A stretch of 64,000 nt of DNA from assembly GCF_009914755.1 (NCBI RefSeq), contig NC_060930.1; one strand, 5' to 3'. Position numbers and translations under genes: made by a program. Positions within the stretch are counted from its first letter, which is position 1. Every line of letters starts with the position of its first letter. The notes under the pieces were generated by a model. That model made no database searches. It saw only the letters and a program-made list of their open reading frames with translations, and had not been told where the DNA came from. This stretch comes from the human T2T-CHM13v2.0 reference genome, Homo sapiens. Below are positions 13,570-28,059 of this stretch, piece by piece.

Positions 13570-13810
13570 GTAGTTTACATGTACAGTATACAGCCTTTAC
13601 TATGTACCAAGCAATCTTCTAAATGCCTTTTATATATAAACTCATATAATCCTTGAAATAACCTTACAAGGGAGGTATTTTGTTATCCTCATCTTGCAGA
13701 TGAGAAAACAGAGGCACAAAGAGGGTACATAACAGACAGCCAGGAAGTGGCAGGTCCTTATGCACACCCAGGCAGTCTAGCTCCAGAGTCCACACTCTTA
13801 ATTAACCACT
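13570..13810 (-). mobile_element. MIR
   Basis: GCAGATGAGAAAACAGAGGCACAAAGAGG...CAGTCTAGCTCCAGAGTCC. Confidence 0.8.
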
Positions 13811-13849
13811 GTGGTTCTCCTGCCAATAAGTACCCATGATCCTGACCTT

Positions 13850-14215
13850 CTCTTCCTGTTTCAAAAATCACCTCCTTGGTGGAGATTTCCCTGATCCCAC
13901 CAGCCCTATGGTTGCCACAAACAGGATTTGTTGTTCTCTCCTTCCCATAATGGCTTGTGTACCTCCATTAGCATGCTGCATCGTACTGGAACTAGGTATT
14001 TACGTGGCTGAATCTCCTTCTGGACTGATTCTGAACTGAGAGCTGCTTCCTCGAGATCGGGACATGAGTGAAAGTAAATGTGTGTGGACAAGAGTGTCCA
14101 CATTTTTGTGTGAGTGTGAGCACACAGAAACAATGGCCATGCAGTAGCCTGCATTCCCATGGCTCAAAGGTACCCCAACAGATGTCTGCTGAATGAATGA
14201 ATGAACCAATGAATG
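13850..14215 (+). mobile_element. L2 3' fragment
   Basis: AATCACCTCCTTGG..TTTCCCTGA ... GCTGAATGAATGAATGAA tail. Confidence 0.55.
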
Positions 14216-14384
14216 AGTAAATAGCAAATAGATGGTATATTCACCTGAATGCTTTCCAAGACCCTTCCTTCAGTAGGCTGACGACAGGAACTTTATCGTC
14301 ATCATTGACAGTCAGTATAACAGTGGTTCTCCAGCTTCCATCAGGACCACCTCGAGGAACTGATTATTAGAAACACAGATGAAA

Positions 14385-14640
14385 ATCATCGCTAACATTT
14401 TTCACTCCTTCCCTATATGCCGGGCACCTATCTGAGCACTTGATTACCTTCATACATTTTATCTTCACAACTGCCTTATCGGATGGGTATTATTGGTAAC
14501 CACACCTTATAGATTCAGAAGCTGAAGCATAGAGAGGTTAAGTAACTGACTCAAGGTCACACAACTTCTAAGGGGTGGACCTGGGATTTGAACCCAGACA
14601 GCCTGGGCTCCAGAGTCTATGCTCATAGCTGTGCACACGA
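14385..14640 (-). mobile_element. MIR
   Basis: AGAGAGGTTAAGTAACTGACTCAAGGTCACAC...GGGATTTGAACCCAG. Confidence 0.85.
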
Positions 14641-15809
14641 TTGTCTCTGTACTATTTTCTCATTGCCTTCTCATATGTTTTGCAAAGTGGTTTCTGAACA
14701 CCCTGGGTGAAGCTTAGGGAAATTTGTGAGTCAACAATATCTAGAAAAAGTGAACATTGTAAAGGCATCTGCATCATGGCCCCAAGCCAGAAAGAGGCTG
14801 TTAAGGCCCCAGCCCACTGGGATAGACTCAGCTGGGGAATCCAGAGAGCAGCCCTTGCCCTCCTCTGACCCTCCACCATTAGCACTCAGTCCTCCCCTGG
14901 AAAACAGGATGGCTGAGATGATACAGGGTAGCTGTCCTCCACATCTGTACGTACCAGGCAGGGGACATGGTTAGGCGTGGCCCACTGCCAGCTCCAGGAC
15001 ACTCCAGCCAGCGGCATTCCGGGCTGAGAGGGCTACAGAGCAAGAGGGGGGTGGAGGCAGCCTCTTTCCCCCCATCCTCCAAAGCTCACTGAGGCAGCCC
15101 AGGGGCCAGATGTGTCACTGCTGTGGCTTCAGGGCAGGCTGTGAGGGAACTATCTGTGGTTCTCTTAAGGCCCTCTGAGTGCAGCAATGTTTAAAAGCCT
15201 TAAATAAATTCCCATCTAATTTCAACTAGCTCCCATCTCCAGCTCGAGCTCTCAGCCGGAGCATGAAACGAGCAGGCGGGGTTTCTCCTGTAGCTGTGTC
15301 TCCTCCACGGGCCCCAGGGGACCCACTCGATGACCTGGCAAGTCTTTTCCATCTCTGATATCTATGGCTCCAGCTTCTCTCCCTCCCCTCCTTCCCGTCC
15401 CCGGCTGGCCTCCTGGGACTGCGCTCTTTGCTCTTCCCCAGCACTGCTAGGCTGCCTCCACAGCCCTCCCCACCCATCTGTAGGTATGGACACAGAGAAA
15501 GGCAGTCTTCAAAACTGCACCCTTCTCTAATGCAGCCCATCTCTCAGAAGCAAGCTGAAGGCTGGCTTTTCATTCTTCCAGGTCTCAGCTCTTCTCTTGC
15601 TCCCAGAGAGGCCTCTCCACCACTCAACTCCCTCCAGGCCCCCCGGCCTTCTCCTGTCCCCTTGAGGAAATGGCCCTCCTACCAGTTCTCCCTCCCCTTC
15701 TAGCCACAACTATGGGGGTCCCTCACACTCCACTCTTGCCCTCTTGGGGCCTTGGCACTGAGAGGCCCTGCTCCCTGCAGTGCTCCCTCCTGGACCCAGA
15801 GCCTCCCTG

Positions 15810-16105
15810 CCTGGCTTCACTCAGGTCTCTGCCCAAATATCACTGCCTCAGACAGGCCTTCCCTGGACTCATTACCTCCTCCTACTACCATATCTTTTTA
15901 TTACACTTATCACATCCTGCCACATTTTATTTTTTATTAAATACAGTAAGTATACTATCTAGAACACATATAAGTATAATACGCTTGTTTTATTATTGTC
16001 TCTGCAGCTTAAATACAATTCCCTTGGCACGAACACTTCTCTATGCCCTCAGCACTGGGAGCAGTGTCTGCTGCATAGGAGATGGTTGTTTGTTGAGTGA
16101 ATGCA
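15810..16105 (+). mobile_element. L2 3' fragment
   Basis: TCAGGTCTCTGCCCAAATATCAC...GGCCTTCCCTG ... TTGTTGAGTGAATG. Confidence 0.65.
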
Positions 16106-16249
16106 TGGTAAATGACAGGACAGATAAAAGCATGAGTTAATCCAGGGAAACTAAGCCAGGTGCTAACAAATTAGGGGTGGAATGGCCTGGAGTCATTTGA
16201 GCAGATAGGCTTTGGAGGTCAGCGTAGGATGGCCTAGGCTTAGAGCTGA

Positions 16250-16450
16250 AACTCAGGAGCCAGGTGCCTGGCCTGGCTTCCAGTCCCAGCTCTGCCAATT
16301 TCCAGCTCTATGACCTTGGGCAAGTCACTGAACCTCTCTGTGCCTCACTAGGGCAGCCCAGGGGCCAGATGGATCATTGCACAATGGGGATGAGAGCACT
16401 ACTCTCAGGTTATTATGAGGATTCCACAAGGAGATACTTGCTTGTAACTG
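16250..16450 (+). mobile_element. MIR
   Basis: TGACCTTGGGCAAGTCACTGAACCTCTCTGTGCCTCA. Confidence 0.85.
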
Positions 16451-16592
16451 CCCAGCCTATGGCAAAGGCTCCAAAGGTGTTAAACGCATGAGACAGACCT
16501 GTCTACAAGAGGAAAACAGCTCGGCCCTAGCTGCATCACACGGGGGCGAGGCTGAGCAGGCTTTAAACTCTGCAGGGGGCTTCCTTTCACAG

Positions 16593-16672
16593 AGCTGCTG
16601 CTGCTGCTGCTGATGCCAGGGAGGAGCTGGCCTTCCAGAGCTCCAGAAAAGATTCCCACCTTGGGCTGACAG
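16593..16672 (+). other. Candidate 80-nt spliced exon, probably non-coding, containing (CTG)6
   Basis: Acceptor TTCCTTTCACAG| and donor CAG|GTGAGC. Confidence 0.3.
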
Positions 16673-18624
16673 GTGAGCTGAGGACACTGTGAAGAGAACA
16701 AAACCTGGCTTCCCAAGAATCTGGGGTCTGGGAGAGAGGAAGAGGGAGGGAACTCTGGTCTAAGAGCGAGCCTGAGGCAGGGATAATAACTGAAAGGGGG
16801 CTGGAAACAGGGCCGGGCTGGAGGGCCCAGCTTCCCATTCAAAGAGCCTGCCAAGACTGCTGACCATGGCATGAGCGCCATGGGGGAGAGAGATGTTGCC
16901 AAGGGCAGAGTGAGGACTGGATCCTGCATCCCAGACACCTGCTATCCCTGGCAGGAATGGGCAGAGGAAAGTGGCCTGGCAGAACTGGAGCTGGGAACTT
17001 GGTGGATGGAGACTTTGGGTTGGGGCGTCTGAGGATAACCAGGATTTTTGTGTACTGTGTAGGGGGAAAGATGATGCCAGCAATGCTGGTGTGAAAATGT
17101 TGGTGGAGGAGCACAGAGCCCCCCACCCCAGGGGAAAGCAGTGAAGTAGAAGAGGGTTGCCCTGGGTGCCCACCCCCTACCAGCTTCCACCACCACTGTC
17201 AGCACAAACACTCCCATTCTTGAGGCCTCATCTTTACTTCCACTTCTCCCACCTACCCCCTCCCTCCCCACACCTACCTGTTCTGCGCTTCACTCCCCGC
17301 CATTCCTGCTGTCTGCAGGGTGGCAAGCTGCTACCCTGGTAAAGGAAACCACAGGAATACATCAAGGGCACCTAGATAATGTACTTGCATTTTATGAGGT
17401 AATGAATACTCCAACAACCCAAAGCAGATCACTAATGCTTTAACAATTCAGTTAACAAACATGCCTACTATAGCTTGAAAGGTTTTGCTCTTGGTACTGG
17501 AAATCAGTGGAGTGTAGGATATTTAAGAGCCATTTAGGCGATGGCAGGATGTATAGGGAACAGCAGAACACCCTTCGCGCTTAGAATCAAAGCAGGCAGC
17601 AGGTTCCTGTTCTCCTGGTGAATGGAAGAGGGGTGGCGACTTCGGAGCAAGGTTGAACCTAGAGTCTAGGGCTCTATGAGGCAGGCAGAGGAGGCTGGCA
17701 AAGCTTTGGCTTCCTGAAAGACAGAATTCCTGGGCAGGAGCTAGGCAGTGGCTCCATCCATTTGGGTAGAGCCCACAGGGACCTGGATGAATCACAGGTC
17801 GATAACCAGGCTCTCAGAATGAGAGGAGAGCAGTTTTTGAGACAGCAGGCTGTCCAGGCGGGATGTATTTGCTCAAGAGATCAATATGTAATCCAACCAG
17901 ATTGTCCCCTCCTTCCTCCCTCCCTCTTCCCTTCAGAGAATTTGAAGCAGAGGAAAGCAAAAAATCTTCAATGTGAATGAGACAGAAGGTCAGGATTGTA
18001 CTGACCTCTCTATCTGAAGATACTCCCCTGCCCTCTCCCGGGAAAGGAAGGCCAAAAGCTAGGGGCTGGGAGGCAGGTGAGTCTGAGGAGATGCACCTAG
18101 GAGGTGGGCAGGACAGTGAAAGGAGCACTTTCCCTGGCCCTTGGCAGCTGCATGGAGATGATTTAGGACAGGAAACATCACTGTGGGTGGAAGGGCCTGC
18201 AGGAGTGTTTTCCTGTGCCAAGTATTGATGGGCAACTGGTCCACTTGGAGGGTGTTTATAAGGAAGTGCAGCTGTTTATAAACAGAATCCGGGCTAATCT
18301 GGGGTTAAAGCAGAGGGAGAGAAATCTGGAACTGATTGAACTCTTTGCTAAGGTAGCAGGATGCTTGCTGGACAGTTGAGAAAGGCAGGAAGACTAGACG
18401 AGGAGAGCAGCAGCTCGGTTTCCCTATTGGACACATAAGCACAAAGGAAAATGACATGGGTTTCTGACATCAGGGAGACTTCACCCTGTGGGACCGACTG
18501 ACTCCAGAAGGGATCCTTTCAATCCCACCAAGAGGGTGGATACAGAGAGAAAAGCTACAAGAAGACTGAGGCACGAGCAACCAACTTGAGGGAGGCAGGG
18601 AAGGTTTCCAACAAAAGGTGACCA

Positions 18625-19050
18625 TGGATCTGAGTCTTCAGGAATAGATGGATTGGAGTGCACATGGTTTATTTGGGAACTGACCTTCCAAAAATATTAG
18701 TAGGGAATGAAATCATGAGACAGGGAGGGAAGACACTGAATGAAAGGTGTGTTATCAACAAATGTAAATGAGGCTCAATCCTACTAGGGAAACGTGGGAG
18801 TTAGAACAATAGGCCAACGAGGGCCTTAGAATTCTCCCCTGAAGTGCAGATATTTAGGGTACTTATTCATGACTCCCATCAGTCCCCAACAAGAGCCATT
18901 CATTCCCAACAGTGGCCATGCAGGCTCCAACAGCCAGGAAGAGCCTGCAGGCAAAGAGGTGCAGGTGCTACAAAGAAGCATTGGGTCCATGTATATGTGC
19001 TTAAAGAATAAGGGCTGATGGGATGGCAGGTGAGCCTCAGCTGTGTCTGC
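18625..19050 (-). mobile_element. LTR16-like ERVL LTR
   Basis: GGAGTGCACATGGTTTATTTGGGAA...GAGACAGGGAGGGAAG; similar to the 6139 copy. Confidence 0.55.
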
Positions 19051-19329
19051 TATAGACTCTGCAGGGCAAGAAAGGATGAGCATTTGGGGACGGTGGATTA
19101 GCACGTACAAAGACCCAGAGGAGATCTGGAAGGGGGCAAGGGCAGGAAATGAAAGAAGGGGGATGTCCTGGGGAATAATGCAGAGAGATTTTGACTGGGA
19201 AGGACTAAATCATTAGGAATGATGACAGACCCCAAACTATAGAACATCTCCAAGTCCAGCTTATTTCCTAAGCTATTCAAGTCTAGGTACTATAGCCAGA
19301 CTCTGGAGCCCTGGATTCCTAATTTTTTA

Positions 19330-19450
19330 GGGCCTGAAGTTCCCTGAGAAATGCAAACACTAATAACTAGAGAGAGAAAGTGATTTGCCCAAACCCACAC
19401 AGCTGGTTAATAGCCATGCCAGGATTAGAACCCATGACTGTAACTCCCTA
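19330..19450 (-). mobile_element. MIR fragment
   Basis: AAGTGATTTGCCCAAACCCACACAGCTGG..GGATTAGAACCCA. Confidence 0.65.
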
Positions 19451-19852
19451 AGGTATTAGTGGCCTGGTCTGCAACTCTTCTTGGAGAAATCTATCTCAGG
19501 ACATAGCCTTCCGGTTGAGGGCATGATCCCTACAGGCAACTCCACACACTTGAGCAAAGGGGGTTGGCATTCCCAAGGTCTAGAAAACGCCTGTGCCTAC
19601 AGAAATAAAGGAAGAGCCCTATTCCTAGGAGTGACTCTAGGGGCCCCTCACAGAGACGGGGCTTTTCCATCAATAGGCATTAGACATTTGTGCCTGGGTG
19701 GGGACATGATAATTTTTAGCAGACGTGCAAAGTGGAACTGCCATGCCGGACTAATTCTGGAGGGGACCAGCCCCCTCACTGAGTGCTGGCAGATGTTTCG
19801 AGCCACTTCCCACCCCATGTAGTCCTGACTTCCTAAGGTGACCGAAAGAGCA

Positions 19853-20170
19853 TTCATTCATTCATTCATTCATTCACTAACAAAACTTTGCTGAGTGCCT
19901 TGTCTGTGCCTAGCAGAAAGTGATGGGAGTGGGCAATGGTGTCTTGGATGGCCAAGGAAGGCCTCTCTGATTAAGGTAGTATCTGCCCAGAGACTGAGGC
20001 AATGAGGAGAAGCCCTGAGGATGTCTGGAAGAATAGCAGTCTACAGAGAGGGAATAACAAGACTAAGGAATGGAAGGGCGTGTGCTTGGTGTGTCTGAGG
20101 AGCAGCAAGCAGGAAGTGGCAATGGCCTAAGTGAAGAGAGGGTGGCAGGAGGGAGACTGGGAGGGAGCAA
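19853..20170 (-). mobile_element. L2 with (CATT)n tail
   Basis: CATTCATTCATT..CTGAGTGCCT..GGAAGGCCTCTCTGA. Confidence 0.7.
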
Positions 20171-20636
20171 AAGGGAAGTTGGGACAGAAGAGAGCCCTTG
20201 ATGGCTGCCTACACCAAGACCCTCTGGAAGGTCTCCCTTCCCGGAGGAGTGAATCACAGAAGGTCATCATTTCAGTGTCTGGTGCCATGACGGGGCCTCT
20301 GGATAGACTGATCCCAGAGTGGGAGAATCATCATGGTGCTGACTGAAGTCCCTCCCAGTGACCCTTCCTGCCCTGCCCACCCCACTGCCCCTGGGGCCAG
20401 CTGGGCTGTGGACCCTTCTGTACTTGGAACATGGAAGGAGACAAATGCTTAGGGATGCAATGCAGTTGGCTTCCACCCTTTCCAAAATCCTACAGCATTC
20501 ATGAGGCCTGAAGGAAAGGAAGCGGCGGGCGTCGCTGGAAGCTCAGAGACACACAGGTCATAACAGAAAGGGAAACGTGGCTGCAGTTCTAGCTTGGTTT
20601 ATGTCCTTCCGGTCTTTTTCCCAGGCATATTAAACC

Positions 20637-21080
20637 CATCAGGGAATAGATGGCTCACTGGGGGAGGAAAGTGAGGAGAGTTTGAAGAAGGAGTTTACAA
20701 GGTGTGGGGCAGGGTTTAAGGAAACCAGCAAGGTAGGGTGCAACACCTGGGGCTAGCCTCAGTGGGTGCAGTTAACACCCCCGACAGGAAGGGGTGAGGG
20801 GAGGGAGGGAGCAGTTGCCAGGACCTCGAAGGCCTAAAGGTCTTGTGGGAGCGCTGCCTGGGGAGAAGAGTCACCTCAGTAGGGAGATGTAGCAGCTTGG
20901 CAGGGAGGGCACGAATGCTGGCCTCACTCTCCTTTTCTCCCATTGGCTGGGCCATCAGGAAGCCAGAGGGCAGGAAGTAGGTTGATGCAGTCCACACAGG
21001 CAAGCCTCCAAGGGCAGAGAGTGGGTGGAGAGGGGGGAGCGTGGATCTGAGAGAGCCAAGGGAAGGGATCCAGCACCCAT
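20637..21080 (-). mobile_element. LTR33-like ERVL LTR
   Basis: GGAAGCCAGAGGGCAGG..GTTGATGCAGTCCAC..CAAGCCTCC. Confidence 0.6.
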
Positions 21081-21083
21081 AAT

Positions 21084-21163
21084 AGAGCGAGTGAGAGAGT
21101 GAGTGACTGACAGAGAGAGAGAGATCTCTGTCTATATACATACATATATATATATATATATAT
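21084..21163. repeat. (GA)n then (TA)n simple repeats
   Basis: Seen directly. Confidence 0.9.
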
Positions 21164-21442
21164 AGTAGAACAGTGCAAATGCTATTTCATGGCCTAATTT
21201 CCTTTGAAACAAATGCTAGACTGATGAAGAGAGAATTCCCACCTCTGAGGAGGACCCCATTATCCAGCCCACCCTGCACACAGGGCCGCTCCTTCAGGGA
21301 GCTTCTTTGGCTCATTACGATAACAAGTCTCAGCCTTCTTATTTAGCCAGGCATCCTGATGCCTCTCCTTCTTCTGCCTCCTAATGAGAAACTAGTGTGG
21401 CCCTGCAAAGGGAATGCAGAGAGAGGCAGTGGTCATGCAGGG

Positions 21443-21456
21443 GTTGCCATGGAAAG
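21443..21456. promoter_or_regulatory. RFX X-box-like motif GTTGCCATGGAAAG
   Basis: 12/14 match to GTTGCCATGGCAAC. Confidence 0.3.
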
Positions 21457-22559
21457 CAAACTGTTCACAGGAACAGGCATCATTCTGGGGAACAAGGGGC
21501 ATTTCAGCCCAGTGCTCTCAAATCCAAGTGTGCACACAAGTTCCCTTAAAGTCAACTTCAAGTCTGGTTTAGGTTTAGGAGGTCTGGTTGGGCGGGGGCA
21601 GTGGGGGGAGGGGGCTGGGCATCCCTAAGAAGCTCCTGGATGAGGCGCATGTGGCAGCCTCTGCCTGCACTTGGAGTATGAGTTTCTAGAGAAGCTTTGA
21701 GACCTATGTGCTCAAGCCCAAGGGGAGGGGAAGTTGGGGTCATTACAGGCAACTGACTAAAGGAGGTACAGCTTATCTTTCTCCCCAAACCTGTCAATGG
21801 GCCTGAAATTTTACCATTAGAGTCACCTCTTTCGAGTTTACTTGGTAATTAAATTCAGCTTCTCTTTTTGGAGGGTAAATCATACTCAGCCCATCATGAC
21901 TTGGCTCTACCCTGTTCGTCTATTGAGATTAATCCCTCAACAAAGGCAAAGCACTGAAGAAAAGGGACACAGGGCTGGGATGTTCTAATGAGATGGGTGG
22001 GGCACACCAAGCACAGACCTGACTGTATTTCCCAGTGACCAGGTCTGGGACAGCCACAACAGAGGTTGTGAGGGCTGAAACTCAGATTCACCCACCCATT
22101 ATGTTCCCTAGAGACAGGTCCACAGGCATCTCTGGAGGCCCTAGTCCCACAAGCCCCATCTTCCTAATATTAGAGGGTCTTCCTTTTGAATAACTCTGAG
22201 CCTAGAGTGTTTGCCTTCTTTAAAGCTTGGCCTTTTCTACCTTTAAGAATGAAGGGAGAAGACCCACAATTTTTTACCTTTGCCCACCAGAATATAAGAG
22301 GTCAGTATGCACATCTGACTTGGTCTCCTCTGGACTTCCAGCATCTAGAGCAGAGCCTCACACAAAGTAGGCACCCAGGAATGTTCACTGAATGAGGAAA
22401 GACTTCCCTGCCAAGAGCTTTCTTCATCAGCTGGCTGCTGGTCTTGGAGGGGAAAGTAAACAATGATGGGTGATTGACTGGATTAACTGAACCCTAGGAC
22501 TTGAGAATTAGAGGAGAAGGAACTTCTGCTTCTAAATATTTAAGACACTTGATCAGGGA

Positions 22560-22920
22560 ACTCAAACAACTTATTTTAAGAATCAGGAAACTGAAACCCA
22601 GAAAGGAGAAGAGGTTTCCCCAAGATCACACAGCACATTTCTAGGGTTAGGCCCCAGCACTCTGACTCCCAGTTCAGGGCTTTGTCTACTTCACCATTCA
22701 GGTGTCCATTCATTCATTCATTCATTCAACAGCTGCCTATTGAGCAACTGCTTTTCCCAGGAACTGTTCTAGTTGCTAAGAATCCAGAATAAACAAGAAG
22801 GCAAAGTCCCTGCCTTTATGGAGCTTACATTCCAGGGGAGGAGACAGAAATAAGCACATAAATCAGCAAATAAATTCAGAAAGGGATAGCAGCTATAAAA
22901 GAAAGAAAACAGGCCAATGA
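22560..22920 (-). mobile_element. MIR (~22560-22700) and L2 3' end (~22707-22920)
   Basis: GGAAACTGAAACCCAG..CCCAAGATCACACAGC; (CATT)n..AAAGTCCCTGCCTTTATGGAGCTTACATTC. Confidence 0.75.
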
Positions 22921-23289
22921 GCTAAGATGTGTGTGCAGTGGGTGGACACCCAAAGTAAAGGTGGTTTTCTGAACCTTGAAGCTGAGAATTATGCACAGAG
23001 GGATGAACAGATACAGCCCCTGCCTCGGGTGCCTAATTCCTTACTCCCCACATTCTGCTCTGTGTCTTCCCAAAGTTCTCCCTCCTGTCCCTTCCTCACC
23101 CTGCTCTGAAATCATCAGTCAGGCTACTGTTTTCTCGATCATGCTCCAACCACCTCTGATTGTCTCCCAGCCTCCAGCCTCACAGCCAGAGGGGGAGCTC
23201 AGATACCAAGGTGCCTCCATGGTCATACCTCCTTCAGTGCCAGAACTGGAAAAGACTAATATTCTGCTGTAAGTCCAAATACCCTAGAT

Positions 23290-23370
23290 TACAAAGGAGG
23301 AGCCTGAGGCCCAGAGAGGGCAAGTGACTTGCCCAAGGTCACACAGTAAGTAGTTGGCAGAATTTCCACT
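23290..23370 (-). mobile_element. MIR core
   Basis: CTGAGGCCCAGAGAGGGCAAGTGACTTGCCCAAGGTCACACAG. Confidence 0.8.
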
Positions 23371-24699
23371 TTCTCGCTTCCCCGTGCATTTCCTCCTTTA
23401 CTCCCAGCCAGCCCTCTAGGAATCCTCAAGGGTCTTCAGGGATGTTCAGCAGACCCTCATCTTGGGCTGCTTCCCCTGGCCCCCAAGGAAACCCAATGTG
23501 CAGTGTGCGGCCTCTCTGCCATCTTGTGGCTGCTCCTAAGAATGTCGCCTGCCTGGCCAGTTTGGAAAAAGTGCCACAGAATTCTCACTGGGATCTGAAC
23601 TCTCCTCCCTGTACCCATAACTTTTGGCAAAAGAGCTTCACCCACACAAATGCTCACCTCCAAGAAAGAAGCTAGGGCAAGGGGTCAGGCCTGCCCCTCC
23701 CCAGCTCTGGACAGACCACAGCAGAGTCACTTCTCCCTTCTGCCTCAGTTCCCTCCTCTATAAAAGGAGGGGGATAATTTCTTCCCACCCACTGCTGGAA
23801 CGGTTGTAAGGCAGGAACAGGTCATAGATGTGAAAGTGGTCTGAGAGGGGAAAAGTGCTGTGTCACTCTTGTCATCCCGCTCTTTCATGTAGCAGGTGCC
23901 CTAACCCACCCCAAAGAGCCTGGATTAGGTGGGCATGAGATGCGGACTTCCCTGACCTGTCATCTGCACACGCAGAAGGCTCATCTGCAGGATGCAAGGC
24001 CTCTGCTGCCTGCAATGGGATTAACTCTTTCCATGGCCACCTGTCTGATCTCTGTCAGGATGTCTGTCTGCAGTCAGGGGAAGGGACGGTATCTGGGTAA
24101 TTTTGCATCACCCAGTGCCAGGTTCATGAGGTAGCAAATGTTTCCAGGTGTGCAGGTGCTGTCAGTGCTCTGCCCAGATCTTCTGACTTGACCCCATCCG
24201 TGTATCCTCTCCTGAGTACTTTTTCTGTCCACTTGAGCCCACTTTGCCATCTGTTTGCAGGCCAGAGGTGTCTGGGGATAAATGCCCTGTTCCCTACCCC
24301 AGCTCTGACATGCTGGCTCCCAGAGCTCCCCTGTGGGACTAAGCCCCCACGCCCAAAGGGATGGCTGACTTGATGAGGCTCCCTTATTGAGGCTTCCAGG
24401 TATTGTCCCACTTACCCGCTCTCCTCCTGGGGTTTCCTTCACCTCCCAATAAACTATGTGCACTCATACCCTCCTCTTAGAGTGGACACCAGTATATCCC
24501 CCAAGCCCTCATGCCTCACCATGCACCTGGCCCTCCCTACACTTGTTCCTGGCCAGCCCTCCCTACCACCATCAGGAGGGACCAGGGGAAGAGAAATTTC
24601 CCCAAAGGGCTGGAATCCATGCTTTCCCATGGCTCTGTTTGTATTCCAGCTGCTGCTCCCATCTCTTGTCACGTCGTTTAGATCAATGGATTATCAAAT

Positions 24700-25670
<971 letters not shown>

Positions 25671-25776
25671 GGAAATGCATGGTGATGAAGATAATTTCAC
25701 CAATACATCAACAGACCCATAGAAGCATCAGGAGTTGGGAATTAAAGTATTTTTATAAGCAAAACCTAAGGGTAAC

Positions 25777-26311
25777 TGTGATGGTTAATACTGAGTGTCA
25801 ACTTCTTGACTGGATTGAAGGATGTGAAGTGTCCCTCGGTGTGTCTGTGAGGGTGTTGCCAAAGGAGATTATTAACATTTGAGTCAGTGGACTGGGAGAG
25901 GCTGACTCACTCTCAGTCTGGATGGGCACCATCTAACCAGCTGCCAGCATAAAAGCAGGAATAGAAAGCGCCAACTTGCTAAGTCTTCTGGCCTCCATCT
26001 TTCTCCCGTGCTGGATACTTCCTGCTCGCGAACACTGGACTCAAAGTTCATCAGCTTTTGGACTCTTGGACCTACACCAGTGGTTTGCCAGGGGCTCTCA
26101 GGCCTTTGGTCACAGACTGAAGGCTGCACTCTCAGTTCCCTACTTTTGAGGTTTGGGGACTCGGACTGGCTTCCCTGCTCTTCAGTTTGCAGATGGCCTA
26201 TTGTAGGACTTCACCTTGTGATCGTGTGAGTCAATATTCCTTAATAAACTCCCCTTCATATATACATCTATCCTATTAGTCCTGTCCCTGTAGAGAACCC
26301 TGACTAATACA
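25777..26311 (+). mobile_element. MLT2A-like ERVL LTR, followed by a short internal stub (GATTTTGGTAC...)
   Basis: TGTGATGGTTAATACTGAGTGTCAAC...AGAGAACCCTGACTAATACA. Confidence 0.9.
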
Positions 26312-26529
26312 GATTTTGGTACTGGGAGTGGGGCATTACCTAAGGATAGCAGTTAGAAGAAAAATATAAACCTTTCTAGATACCAAAAGATATACCTAAC
26401 TCCTCACATCCCTGCAAAGGAGAGAACAAACAAAATGTAGTCACATGGAATATTCTCTTTCTTTCTCTACGCTCAGGTACACACACACCTATTTACAGAA
26501 AATACAAAGGACACAGGAACTTGCTAAAC

Positions 26530-27085
26530 TATCCCACAGGGAGGAAATCAGCAAAATTCAGACTCTGTAAAGCTCTTCAGGGCAAATGATCCAAATTATT
26601 CATTAAGAAATTGGATGGACATTAAAAGACATAGAGGAACAAATAACAAAGATTTAAGACACATCAGCCAATCACCATATATGAATCTTATTTGAATCCT
26701 GATTCACATTTTACAAAAATATGTTTTTCTCAAGCCAATCATGAAAATATCAACACTGACCTTATATTTCTTTATTTTAAGAAATTACTTAAAATATTAG
26801 AAGCGATAATGGTAAGGTGGTTATGTTTTTCTAAAGTTGTATATATGTTTTCAAATTGAGTATATATCTTTTACAGAAATATACTGACATATTTATGGGC
26901 AAAATTATACAATGTGTTGGGTTTGTTTCAAAATAACCTGGAGTGGAGAAGTGGATAAGGTAATAGATTACCCAAGATTCACCACATGTTGATAATTGTT
27001 GAAGCTGGTGATAAATACTTTGATATAAAGTATTTTTTCTCTACTCTTACAGATATTTGAAAAAATCTATAGGAAAAATGTTGAA
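26530..27085 (+). mobile_element. Old L1M (L1MC-type) 3' UTR
   Basis: CTTATTTGAATCCTGATTCA...GTTGATAATTGTTGAAGCTGGTGAT. Confidence 0.7.
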
Positions 27086-27269
27086 GGACCAAGAGAAGTG
27101 AGAAGATAGAGAAATGTCTTGGAGACAGAAATGATCTAATATACTATGGCATGGGATGATGGGGGACCATGAGGGAACTGGAAGTATCAGAGCAGCAGCC
27201 AGATCTCTGGCTTACCCAACTCATCACACGGTGGTTGTACTAACCAGCTCGAAGACCTGTGAAGTCTCC

Positions 27270-27865
<596 letters not shown>

Positions 27866-28059
27866 AGGATGTCATTTACTGAGATGGAAAAGACGGGGAA
27901 AGAACACTGGAAAAAGATAAGTCTACCCTCGTCACAAAGTGAGGATATTAGATTTTCAAATCAACAAAGCTGACCAAAGGTAGGGGGACCCATTACCACA
28001 ATGAAGGTTTTGAAATAAGAATAACAGCACCATCAATCTATCACTCACTTTCCTTAACC

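Noticed and set aside
15240-15430. CpG-containing patches (also ~20520) as CpG-island promoters
   Set aside because: Too short and too sparse in CpG
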